From NCBI GenBank assembly GCA_964372245.1, contig CAYJQE010000005.1, positions 1-35,291 of the forward strand: a stretch of 35,291 nucleotides of DNA, read 5' to 3'. This DNA is from an uncultured Candidatus Saccharibacteria bacterium. Its GTDB lineage: Bacteria; Patescibacteriota; UBA1384; CAYJQE01. Under the pieces are notes generated by a model that saw nothing but the letters and a program-made list of their open reading frames with translations, made no database searches and was not told the DNA's origin. Both the position numbers and the translations under genes were made by a program. Numbering within the stretch: position 1 is the first letter of the stretch; each line of letters begins with the position of its first letter. Shown in pieces: positions 8,591 through 17,200 of the stretch.

Positions 8591-8599
8591 ATAATAACA
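8591..8599 (-). promoter_or_regulatory. Extended -10 element of a probably leaderless pgk transcript
   Basis: TGtTATTAT ends 6 nt before the GTG start, with no SD sequence. Confidence 0.5.
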
Positions 8600-8640
8600 G
8601 TCCGACTAGCGGCTGACCATTAAATCGCCGATCCGGACGA

Positions 8641-9798
8641 CTATTTCAGACCGAGCGATCGAATATAGCGCCGGTCGACTTTACGCCTCAACCAAGCAAT
8701 AAAACCGGAGGCTAAAACCGACCGACCGAAAACGCCGATTCCAAAATTTCGGCCAAGGGGAATGAGTTGCACTTCAAGGCCGGGACGATAAGCGACTCGG
8801 CCGCCTAGGTCGAAAATATCTCGATAAATATTTTCGGCCGCGACCTCGGCCTGCTTAAGCGCCGCTTGAGCCGAAAAACCGCCCCGAACCGATGCGGCGT
8901 CGCCGATAATATAGATGTTCGAGCAACCCTCGGCCGCCAGAGTTCGAGCGACCTCGATTCGACCTTTCCCGTCAAAAAGACAGGTCTCCGGCCTAATTTT
9001 TGGCCCGGTGACCGAGACGCCGCCGGTCCAAATTATCGTCTCGGAATAGATCGTCTTATTCCTTTGCGTCTGAAGACGATCAATGTGCTTCTTCTTGACC
9101 AAAGTCGAAACCATAATTTTGACGCCCAGCTCTCGCAGTCTCCTTTCGGCAACTATCGAGGCTTTTTTTGGCATTTGAGGCAAAAGCCGATCGGCCGCTT
9201 CAATCAAAATCACCTGACCTTGACTTGAAAGACCAAATCGTGGGAGATGATCCTCGATCAACTCTTTCATCACGGCGGCCAGCTCGACGCCGCTTGGACC
9301 GCCACCAATGACAATCACTCGAAGACGATTTTTCAAGTTCTTAATCTGGGATTTGGCCGCCTCCACCATCTGACTTTCAAGGTGCTCTCTCAAAAGAATG
9401 GCGTCTTGAAAAGTTTTGAAGGCGAAGGCGTGATCTCTCATGCCAGGGATTGAAAAGAAGTCGGTTCTCGAACCAAAAGCCAGGACGGCAAAATCGAAAC
9501 TCATCCGACCGGTTTTGCCACCTTGGCTTTCGGCTAACCGAAAAGTGAGCTCTTTTTGGCGAGGATTGATTGAACCAACGACGGCATGAATAAATCGAAA
9601 ATCGATCGCCTTGGCAATTTCCGGCAGGGAGAAACTGACATTGGTCTCATCGTGCTCAAGAATAGAATAGAGCCGCGGCGTGTAAAGGTGATAGCCTTGG
9701 TTGTCAAAGAGAACGATCTCGAGATCGGGCAGTCTTTTTCGAAGTATTTTAGCGACCCTAAGACCACCGAATCCGCCACCCACGATTACCAATCTCAT
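8641..9798 (-). CDS. ndh: Type II NADH dehydrogenase (NDH-2)-like FAD-dependent oxidoreductase
   Basis: Two Rossmann motifs (VIVGGGFGG; IVIGGGPSGVELA), IWTGG, YIIGDAA and AQAALKQA. True start is ATG 9798; the ORF-track extension overlaps tpiA. Confidence 0.88.
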   Translation of the reverse strand: MRLVIVGGGFGGLRVAKILRKRLPDLEIVLFDNQGYHLYTPRLYSILEHDETNVSFSLPEIAKAIDFRFIHAVVGSINPRQKELTFRLAESQGGKTGRMSFDFAVLAFGSRTDFFSIPGMRDHAFAFKTFQDAILLREHLESQMVEAAKSQIKNLKNRLRVIVIGGGPSGVELAAVMKELIEDHLPRFGLSSQGQVILIEAADRLLPQMPKKASIVAERRLRELGVKIMVSTLVKKKHIDRLQTQRNKTIYSETIIWTGGVSVTGPKIRPETCLFDGKGRIEVARTLAAEGCSNIYIIGDAASVRGGFSAQAALKQAEVAAENIYRDIFDLGGRVAYRPGLEVQLIPLGRNFGIGVFGRSVLASGFIAWLRRKVDRRYIRSLGLK

Positions 9799-9943
9799 GG
9801 CTAAAAAAAGAGATCGATTTGGAAAAACCGGGCACTGACCGGGAGGATCGTCTCGGCCAAAACGACCGACTGAAAGACTAAAGCTGGCGCAAGATCGGCT
9901 AAGACCGACACGGATTCGAAAGACCGATTTTTTGACTCGACTT

Positions 9944-10714
9944 TCATGGCTTCGCGAGCTGACAGATTCGCAAGAACTCTTTCGAGCGAAGACTCTCCCT
10001 TCCAACCAGAAAACCTTGAAGCGAAGACTCTTTGGCAAAGACTTTGGCTGCTTCGGCCGTGAGCGAGCCGCCGTAAAGAATCGGGACCTTTCCGCTCGCA
10101 CCTCGATGGTGCTTTTCGATCTCGGTTCTGATTTTATCGGCGATTTGAGCGGCGTATTTTGGGTTGACCGGTCGCTCTTTGCCAATCGCCCAGACCGGCT
10201 CATAGGCAACGACCACCTTTTCCACCTGATCGGGAGTCAGATGCCTGAAATAAAAATCAATTTGTCCTTGAATCTCCGGCCAGGAGTAATGCCCGGGATC
10301 GGTCCCCCTCTCGGCCGGCTTTTGGAACTCGCCAAGAGCGATAATCGGTCGAATCGAAAAACGGAGCGCCGATAAAATCTTTTTCCGGACGACCTCCGAC
10401 GTCTCGCCAAAATGCCGCCGCCTCTCCGAATGACCGCAAATCGCGAACTGGATAATACCCTGGAGTTGCATAAACGAGACCTGGCCGGTATAGGCTCCCT
10501 CGTCTTCATAAAAGAGATCTTGAGCTCCAAGTTCGAGTCCGGGCGGACGCCGTTCAAGCAATAATGCCAGAGGAACCAGCCAAGAGACCGGCGGGCAGAG
10601 AACAACAGTAAGGCCGCCGATCCCCTCAAGGCCGTTGGCGACAGACTCCGCCAAAATCTCGGCGTCGGCCAGCCGAGTATTCATCTTCCAATTACCAACC
10701 ACAAATCGTTCCAC
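9944..10714 (-). CDS. tpiA: Triosephosphate isomerase
   Basis: Motifs GNWKMN, GAYTG, GHSERR, AYEPVWAIG and YGGS. SD GGAGG upstream. Confidence 0.96.
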   Translation of the reverse strand: MERFVVGNWKMNTRLADAEILAESVANGLEGIGGLTVVLCPPVSWLVPLALLLERRPPGLELGAQDLFYEDEGAYTGQVSFMQLQGIIQFAICGHSERRRHFGETSEVVRKKILSALRFSIRPIIALGEFQKPAERGTDPGHYSWPEIQGQIDFYFRHLTPDQVEKVVVAYEPVWAIGKERPVNPKYAAQIADKIRTEIEKHHRGASGKVPILYGGSLTAEAAKVFAKESSLQGFLVGRESLRSKEFLRICQLAKP

Positions 10715-10870
10715 ACCCCCTCCGAACTTAGAGCCGCGATCGCGGAATCTAGTATCAATGATATCGGAAGAAAACCTTTAAGGCCATTTCCGGTCAATGT
10801 CTCAATCAACCGGCCGAGCGACCCGGCTGATTCAATCAGCGCGCCCAAAACCAAAAAGACTTCGCAAACT

Positions 10871-12199
10871 TTATTGATCTTGCGACTTAAGATGAAGTTT
10901 ACGGTAATAACTCACGGCGAAGCGGTGGGCTTCGTCTCTAGCGTGACACAAAAGATTGTCCGAGAGAAAAGACTCTTCCCCTCGCCAGCGACGATCGAGT
11001 CTTTTTCGGCTTCGACCCTTGGCAATCGCCAAAATTGGCCGATTGATTTTTCGGTCCTCGATAACCCGCCCGACGGCCAAGAGTTGACCAAGCCCGCCGT
11101 CAATCAGGAAAAGATCCGGCAACGGCCATTCGGGATGACCAAGTCGCCGAGCGACAACCTCCGCCAGGGCGGCCGTATCGTTTGCTCCGCTCACCGTTTT
11201 GATCCGAAACCGGCGGTAATCGGATTTTTTCGGAATGCCCTGCTCGAAAACGACCATCGAACCAACCGAAAACTGGCCCTGGATATTTGAGATATCATAG
11301 GCTTCAATCCGGCGCGGTCCCTCCTTAACCTCGTCGCGTATCCGGTTCAGGTCCTCTCGCCTCAAGCCGGCGACCTGATGGATATGTCTTAGGCCGTAGA
11401 GCTGATCTCTAACGATGACCGCCTTCTCAAAGTTCTTTTTTGCCGCCTCGTTTTTCATCAGCAATTCGAGATCTTTGACCAGTCGCTTTTTTTCGCCCCT
11501 GATGAAACGGATGAGTTGACCAAGAACCGTCCGGTAATCCTTTTGATCGATCGCCGGAACGCAGGGCGCCGGACAGAGATTGAGCGAATGATAGAGACAG
11601 CCCCGGCCGAGTCTTTGATAGCGGTCAAACTTTGACGGCGCGCAATCCCGAAAAGGAAAGATTTTTCGGAGCTGCCTCATCGCCCGCTTGAGCGAATAGC
11701 TCGAGGGGTAAGGGCCGAAATAAAGGTTGCCCTTGGTCTTTTTGGTCTTCTTTTTTTTCCGGTAATCATTGAGTCGGATCAGATGAATTCTTGGATAGAG
11801 TTGATGGCCGACCGGTTGCCGTGAAACCCGAGATACGCTCTTTTCGATCCGGTAGTTCTCGATCTCGATCATCAGAAAACTCTTGTCGTCCCGTTGCCGA
11901 ATGTTAAACCGAGGCCGAAATTTCTTGATCAGATCAGGCTCGAGCAGAACCGCTTCGATCTCCGAATCGGTCGTAACGGTCTCAATTTCGAAAATCTCTT
12001 TGACGAGCGGTCGAATATTTGGTCGGTCGGTCGGTCCGGAAAAATAACTCCGAACTCGATCTCTCAAAGAGAGGGCTTTGCCAACATATAAAACCTCGCC
12101 CGCCCGATTTTTAAAGAGATAACAACCCGGTAAACGAGGGAGCTTTTCGATTATCTTTTTGGCTTTTCTCTTCTCCATAACTTTTTCCCGACTAACCAT
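10871..12199 (-). CDS. uvrC: Excinuclease ABC subunit C (short form, no C-terminal HhH)
   Basis: GIY-YIG (PGCYLF...LYVGKA..LRDRVRSYF), four-Cys cluster, UVR motif (NFEKAVIVRDQ) and RNase H-like motifs IEAYDISN, LIDGG and RDEAHRFA. Start is uncertain (12199 or 12178); ATG 12241 overlaps an extended -10 TGgTAAAAT. Confidence 0.93.
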   Translation of the reverse strand: MVSREKVMEKRKAKKIIEKLPRLPGCYLFKNRAGEVLYVGKALSLRDRVRSYFSGPTDRPNIRPLVKEIFEIETVTTDSEIEAVLLEPDLIKKFRPRFNIRQRDDKSFLMIEIENYRIEKSVSRVSRQPVGHQLYPRIHLIRLNDYRKKKKTKKTKGNLYFGPYPSSYSLKRAMRQLRKIFPFRDCAPSKFDRYQRLGRGCLYHSLNLCPAPCVPAIDQKDYRTVLGQLIRFIRGEKKRLVKDLELLMKNEAAKKNFEKAVIVRDQLYGLRHIHQVAGLRREDLNRIRDEVKEGPRRIEAYDISNIQGQFSVGSMVVFEQGIPKKSDYRRFRIKTVSGANDTAALAEVVARRLGHPEWPLPDLFLIDGGLGQLLAVGRVIEDRKINRPILAIAKGRSRKRLDRRWRGEESFLSDNLLCHARDEAHRFAVSYYRKLHLKSQDQ

Positions 12200-12322
12200 T
12201 TTAAAATTTGCTCGATTCGAAATTTCGGTCAGTTTCCCCATTTTACCACCGGGGCCCTGACTTATTGACGATTCCTTTTTAAGCCGGGCCTACTACTCTT
12301 GAAAAAGCAGGAGTTGAAGAAA

Positions 12323-12871
12323 ATGCCATTCTTGTTGGAACGCAAGCCGATTGAGCTGGCAAAGGCCAGACCGGGCGATGAACTGATCCTCCACGAAGGA
12401 GATTGGTTCCGAGCCTGGCCCCACCCGAATGGCCTGCTGGTCAGAACCGAGGATGGACTGTGCCTCAATCAATCGCTCATATTTAAGAGCCCGATTGACA
12501 GAGACTACTCGAAGCAGGCAGAGGACTGCCTAATGGACCCCGAGACCGGTGAGGTCTGTTTTCGCTTCAAGGACTCGCTGGTCAGCCTCGAAACCGGCGA
12601 GGAAGTCGGCGAAGGTCCGCGGGTCGATCTCGACGACTTGGTAATAAGAAGAAGGGGGAATCTCGGTTATATTAGCACCTACTGCCGCGAAACCCGGGTG
12701 GCTTACCGTTATGAGTGGTTGAGATACGAACCCGGGGAGAATTGGGTGAGGACCTTTAAACCAGAGATCAAGGCGTCGGCGGAGGTCATCTTTCATGAAA
12801 GAGGGGTAATTTATTGCCAATACGACTTCCGCTGGCTCATTCTAGTTGTCAATCTATCCGCACCCGACTAA
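12323..12871 (+). CDS. Hypothetical protein
   Basis: Fills the uvrC-proS gap on the opposite strand, has SD AGGAG 9 nt before ATG 12323, and is followed by a strong hairpin. No family recognised. Confidence 0.7.
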   Translation: MPFLLERKPIELAKARPGDELILHEGDWFRAWPHPNGLLVRTEDGLCLNQSLIFKSPIDRDYSKQAEDCLMDPETGEVCFRFKDSLVSLETGEEVGEGPRVDLDDLVIRRRGNLGYISTYCRETRVAYRYEWLRYEPGENWVRTFKPEIKASAEVIFHERGVIYCQYDFRWLILVVNLSAPD

Positions 12872-12912
12872 AAAGCCGGGGATAGAGAGGAAGCCAAGAG
12901 GCAAGACCAAGC

Positions 12913-12938
12913 AGCGGCCAAGTTTACTTGGCCGCTTT
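12913..12938. terminator. Terminator hairpin between the convergent hypothetical gene and proS
   Basis: Perfect inverted repeat AGCGGCCAAG-TTTA-CTTGGCCGCT followed by T residues. Confidence 0.7.
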
Positions 12939-12942
12939 GACT

Positions 12943-14166
12943 TTAGAGAGAGATTTTCTCTTTCAGCGCTGAAAGGTCAAGGAGTTCGGCCCTTTGAGCC
13001 GTCCGGCTTTTCAACTCGATTCTTTGACCGGTTTTTTGACTGATGACCGCCCGCCAAGGCAAGCCGAGAAGGTCGGCCTCGGCCAGTTTCTCGCCCGGGG
13101 AGACCGCTTCCCGATCGTCAAAGAGAGGCTCAAGCCCGGATTCGAAAAGAGTTTGATAGACCTTTTCCGCCCGCTCATTCTCGCCGAGTGAGATGAGATG
13201 AAGGGCAAAGGGCGCGACCGATTCCGGCCACGAAAGACCATTTTCGTCGCTTCTGACCTCGGCGATCGTGGCCAAAAGCCGGCCGATTCCGATACCATAA
13301 GATCCCATCCAGAGAGGCTTTTTCTGACCATCGCGATCGTCAACCAGAAGTTTGGCCGCTTCGGAAAAGCGGGTCCCAAGACGGAAGATATTGCCAACCT
13401 CGATCGCCGTCTCCGACTCGAGAGGCGTTTGGTGATTCGGGCACGCTCTAAGATCAAAGATCACCTCTCTGTTTCTGGCAAAATCGGCCTCTCGGCAGAG
13501 ATAAACCGTGTCTTCGCCGCCCTCGGCGAGAACCTGGTACTCGTGAGAAAAATCTTTTGAAAAAGCGCCGCCTGAAGCCTCGGTTCTGATCGCCTGAAGG
13601 CCGACCCGTTTGAAAATCTTTTCGTAAGTCCGACCGACCTTTTCATAGTAAGAGTCAAGATCCTCCTCGGTTAGATGAAAACTGTAGAGATCATTCATCA
13701 CAAATTCCCGACCTCGAAGCAGGCCGGAACGGGCCCTCGGTTCATCCCGAAACTTGGTTTGAATCTGATAAACGGCCTTGGGCAAGTCTTTATAGGAAGA
13801 GATATGATCCCTGGCGATCGTCGCGATCACCTCTTCGTGGGTTAGGCCCAGACCGATCTCGAGCCCTCGATGATCCTCGAACTGATACATCACCTCTTTG
13901 AGCTCCCGCCAACGTCCGGAGGCCTGCCAGACAGTTTTGTCCTGCAAAACATTCAAAAATAGTTCCTGAGCGGAGATCGCCTCTATCTCTTGTCTGATAA
14001 TGGTTTCAATCTTTTTCGCCACCCGAAGACCGAGTGGCAAAAGGCTATAGACGCCAGCCATGTTCTTGTGGACAAAGCCGGCCCGAACCAGAAGCTTGGC
14101 ACTCCTGCCAAACTCGTCGCTTGGATCGGTCCTCCGAGTCTTTCCAAAAAGTTGACTAACTCTCAT
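12943..14166 (-). CDS. proS: Proline--tRNA ligase (short bacterial type without INS editing domain)
   Basis: Motifs LVRAGF, GVYSLLPLG, THEE, QIQTKFRDEPRARSGLLRGREF, IEVGNIFRLG and MGSYGIG, plus anticodon-binding domain (DDR...GEKLAEADLLGLP). Confidence 0.96.
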   Translation of the reverse strand: MRVSQLFGKTRRTDPSDEFGRSAKLLVRAGFVHKNMAGVYSLLPLGLRVAKKIETIIRQEIEAISAQELFLNVLQDKTVWQASGRWRELKEVMYQFEDHRGLEIGLGLTHEEVIATIARDHISSYKDLPKAVYQIQTKFRDEPRARSGLLRGREFVMNDLYSFHLTEEDLDSYYEKVGRTYEKIFKRVGLQAIRTEASGGAFSKDFSHEYQVLAEGGEDTVYLCREADFARNREVIFDLRACPNHQTPLESETAIEVGNIFRLGTRFSEAAKLLVDDRDGQKKPLWMGSYGIGIGRLLATIAEVRSDENGLSWPESVAPFALHLISLGENERAEKVYQTLFESGLEPLFDDREAVSPGEKLAEADLLGLPWRAVISQKTGQRIELKSRTAQRAELLDLSALKEKISL

Positions 14167-14241
14167 ACACAAAACAGCCTAGCAGACCGAGACAATCTCC
14201 GCGATTGCTCCTGGCCTTCGACCGGGTGAGGATCGGACGGT

Positions 14242-17200
14242 TTAACGAACCCGGGAAACCGGCCGCCGTCTCAAAACCGAAAAAAGCAAAAGCGGGCCAA
14301 AAAGACCGAAAAAAGAGAGCCGGGACGACCACCGATGATCGGCCGGGGGCGTGCCGGTCTCCGGCAAGACCTGCGGCCCAGACAGACTTAAGCCAAGTTC
14401 GCCCAAAGTCTTTTCAACCGTTTGACCGATAACCGTTGTCGGTATGGCCGACACCTGATCGGTGTTGAGCGACTCATTGCCCGAGACATCAACGGCTTTG
14501 ACGGTGTAGAAATAGGTCGTGCCGTCAACTCCCCTGTCATCATGGGTCCCTTCCTTGAGGCCGGTCGCGATCGAGCTGCCAATCTGACCTTTTACGGTAG
14601 AGCGATAGATCTTTATTGAAGCGAAGTCATTATCCAGGGGCTTGGTAAAGGTCAATCGAACCAGACCGCCAACCTTGAGGTCTCGGGCCTTAATGTTGGT
14701 CGGGGCAGCCGGCGGAGTCGTGTCGGCCGCGGCGATCAAGGCGAACTTGGTAAAGTGGTCGGTCGAACAGGTAACGACATTCTCATCGCTGTCAACGGCG
14801 CAATTTTCAAGCTCTCTCCAGGTGCTGTTGGCCGTGTCATACCACCCGATAATGACCTCCTTTTCATCGAGAATATTACTCTCTAAAAGATCTTCGGCGG
14901 TGTATTCGGCGACGATCGTCACTTCGCCGTTCAGATCGCTCACGGTCGCGTTGTTCTCATCGGACACAGTGATTTCCTGGCCATAGCCCTTTACCGGCTT
15001 GGCGTCCGGTTCTTCGTTGAGCGTCGAAGTCGGATCAATATTCACGGTCACCGTGCCTGTCGTGGCGATGCTGTTGGCCGGCGCCAGCATCGTAAAACCG
15101 TCGTCGAGTTTAATCGAGTTCTGGACAGTCGGATCAAAGGTCTTGCTGACCGAATCGGGCAGGGTGTAGGACTGTTTCTTCAATTCAAGCTCGACGGAGC
15201 CGAAACTGCCGTTGTTCGGATCGGTCAAATCAACCACTCGCTCGCTCGATTTGTGGACCGTTTTGCCATTCTCACTGACCGCCTTGATATGCCACTTCGT
15301 CCCGCTGGTCACCGAAAGTTCGGTTTCGCCATTGTTCAGGTCGGCGGAGCCCTCGGCCGCCGCGCCATCTTCGCCCCAGGCGCTGACAAAAGCCGAGCTT
15401 GGGGCGCCGTCTTTTTTGACCGTCACCTTGATCTTGGCGTCGGCCTCCCGATAGACAAGATCAACCGAAGCCGAGTTGTCTTTGTCAATTGTGACCTTTT
15501 TAGCCGCCGGGCGGATCAAGCCGGAGCCGTTCCAGCTATAGCCCTGAACCCAGTAGGTGCCAGACGGCAGTTTCGCCTCGTAGTAACCGCGCTGATCGCT
15601 TGAGACGCCGGAACCGTAATAGTAGGTTTTGGCCTCTTTTTTAGTATTGGGGTCCCTGGTCGAAAGTTCAATCCACTGCCAAGGCTGGGCCGTCTTGCCG
15701 TCGGCTTTATAAGTCTGTCCGGAGATTTTTGAGTCGTTTTCTCGAAGCTCGATATTATAGCTGACATCCTGATTTTCCGAGACCTCAAGATCAACGTCTT
15801 GGCCGACACCCGAAGAATAACCAAAAGTCCCCTGGGTCGGGGCCGACCAGGAAAGCCGCCAAGTCCCCTTCGAGACCTTAATCTTGTATCTGCCCTTGCC
15901 GTCAAGCTCGGCCGTCTTCCAAGAGCCATGGCGACCTCTGGTCGCGAAAACACTTAGCCAGGGCGTAACCAGTTTGCCTTTTTCATCCTTGATCTCGCCG
16001 CTTATGGATGACTTATTCGCCAAAGCTTTGATGGTTACCGTCTTCTTCTCGTCCTTCTTGACCGTCTCGACAATCGGATCAGGGGTGTCAAAATCCGAGC
16101 CCCAGATATAGACCACGATCTTCCAAGTTTGGGGCGGAACTTTGGCGGTAAATCGACCGTTTTGAACCGAAGCTCCGATATTCGACCACTCCGAGCTTTC
16201 ATCGGTGAAGCCGACCCAAGAATTAAGCGTGGTAATAACCTTGCCATCGGGATCAACGATCGTGCCCGAGATTTCGGCCGAATTTTTCTGGTAGGTGAAA
16301 GAGACCGTGGCCGCGACGCCCGACTTAACCTCAATATCCTGATAACCGCCGGTGTAAGAATAGTCCTGGCCGCCGGTTGACGAGTTCCAGGGCGGCCAGC
16401 TGCTGACCTTGAACTTTTGCGGCGTCACTTTCATCGAGCAGGTTCCGTCCGAACCGGTCGTGCAACTCGCCCATTCATAACTGGTCGAGTTTGGCACCCA
16501 AGCGTTGACATACGCCCCCGAGATAAGAGTACCCTCGTTATCCTTAACGGTCGCCTTGATGCTGTCTTTCTTCTCGGCCAATTTAACAACGCCGATGTTA
16601 AGCGATTCGTTGTCGCCGACGGTGACATTTTTCATCTTGGGACAGGCATAATCGTTATTGGAAACCCAACAACTAAATGAGTAGGTCCCGGCTCCGACTT
16701 TCATCTCAAAGCCGCCCGTCTGATCAAACTGACCGCCATAGTAAAAACCCTCGGCGTCGGACGCCGAGAGGCTAACCTCGTATTGAGAGATCGCCGTCCC
16801 GTCCGGCCGCTGAAACGAACCGGTCAGTTTTGAGGTCAGGGCCGCGACCTCGACATTATGAGTCTTTTCTTCCGATGAGGCGTCATTGACGAAGGTAATC
16901 GTTTGATTGTTTGGAATTCGCCAGCCAGCCGGCCAGGAACTGGGCGAGAGGTAAAGCGACCAAGTCCCGCCCGGCAGTTCAAAGGCGAAACTGCCGTCGT
17001 CTCTAAGGGCCTGACTGGCATAGCCGCCAGAGGTCCCGGAATTACTCGAGACCGAAACGGTGGCGTCTTTGACTGGCGTCCCCTTCGGCGAACTCAAAGT
17101 CACTAGGCCTTTAAGCTTTTTAGGTGTCGGCTTGAAACTGGCGTTGGCCGTTGTCGCGCCCGAAATGTTGATCGTTTTCTCGTCGGGCGAGAAATAAACT

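Noticed and set aside
9860..9930. Repeated GACCGA words between tpiA and ndh (also near 7465)
   Set aside because: The spacing is irregular and the word is frequent throughout coding sequence, so this is neither an array nor a clear operator.
9799..10209. 137-aa N-terminal extension of the NDH-2 ORF, suggesting a fusion protein
   Set aside because: It overlaps tpiA in another frame, has atypical Ser/Arg-rich composition, and the Rossmann fold starts immediately after ATG 9798.
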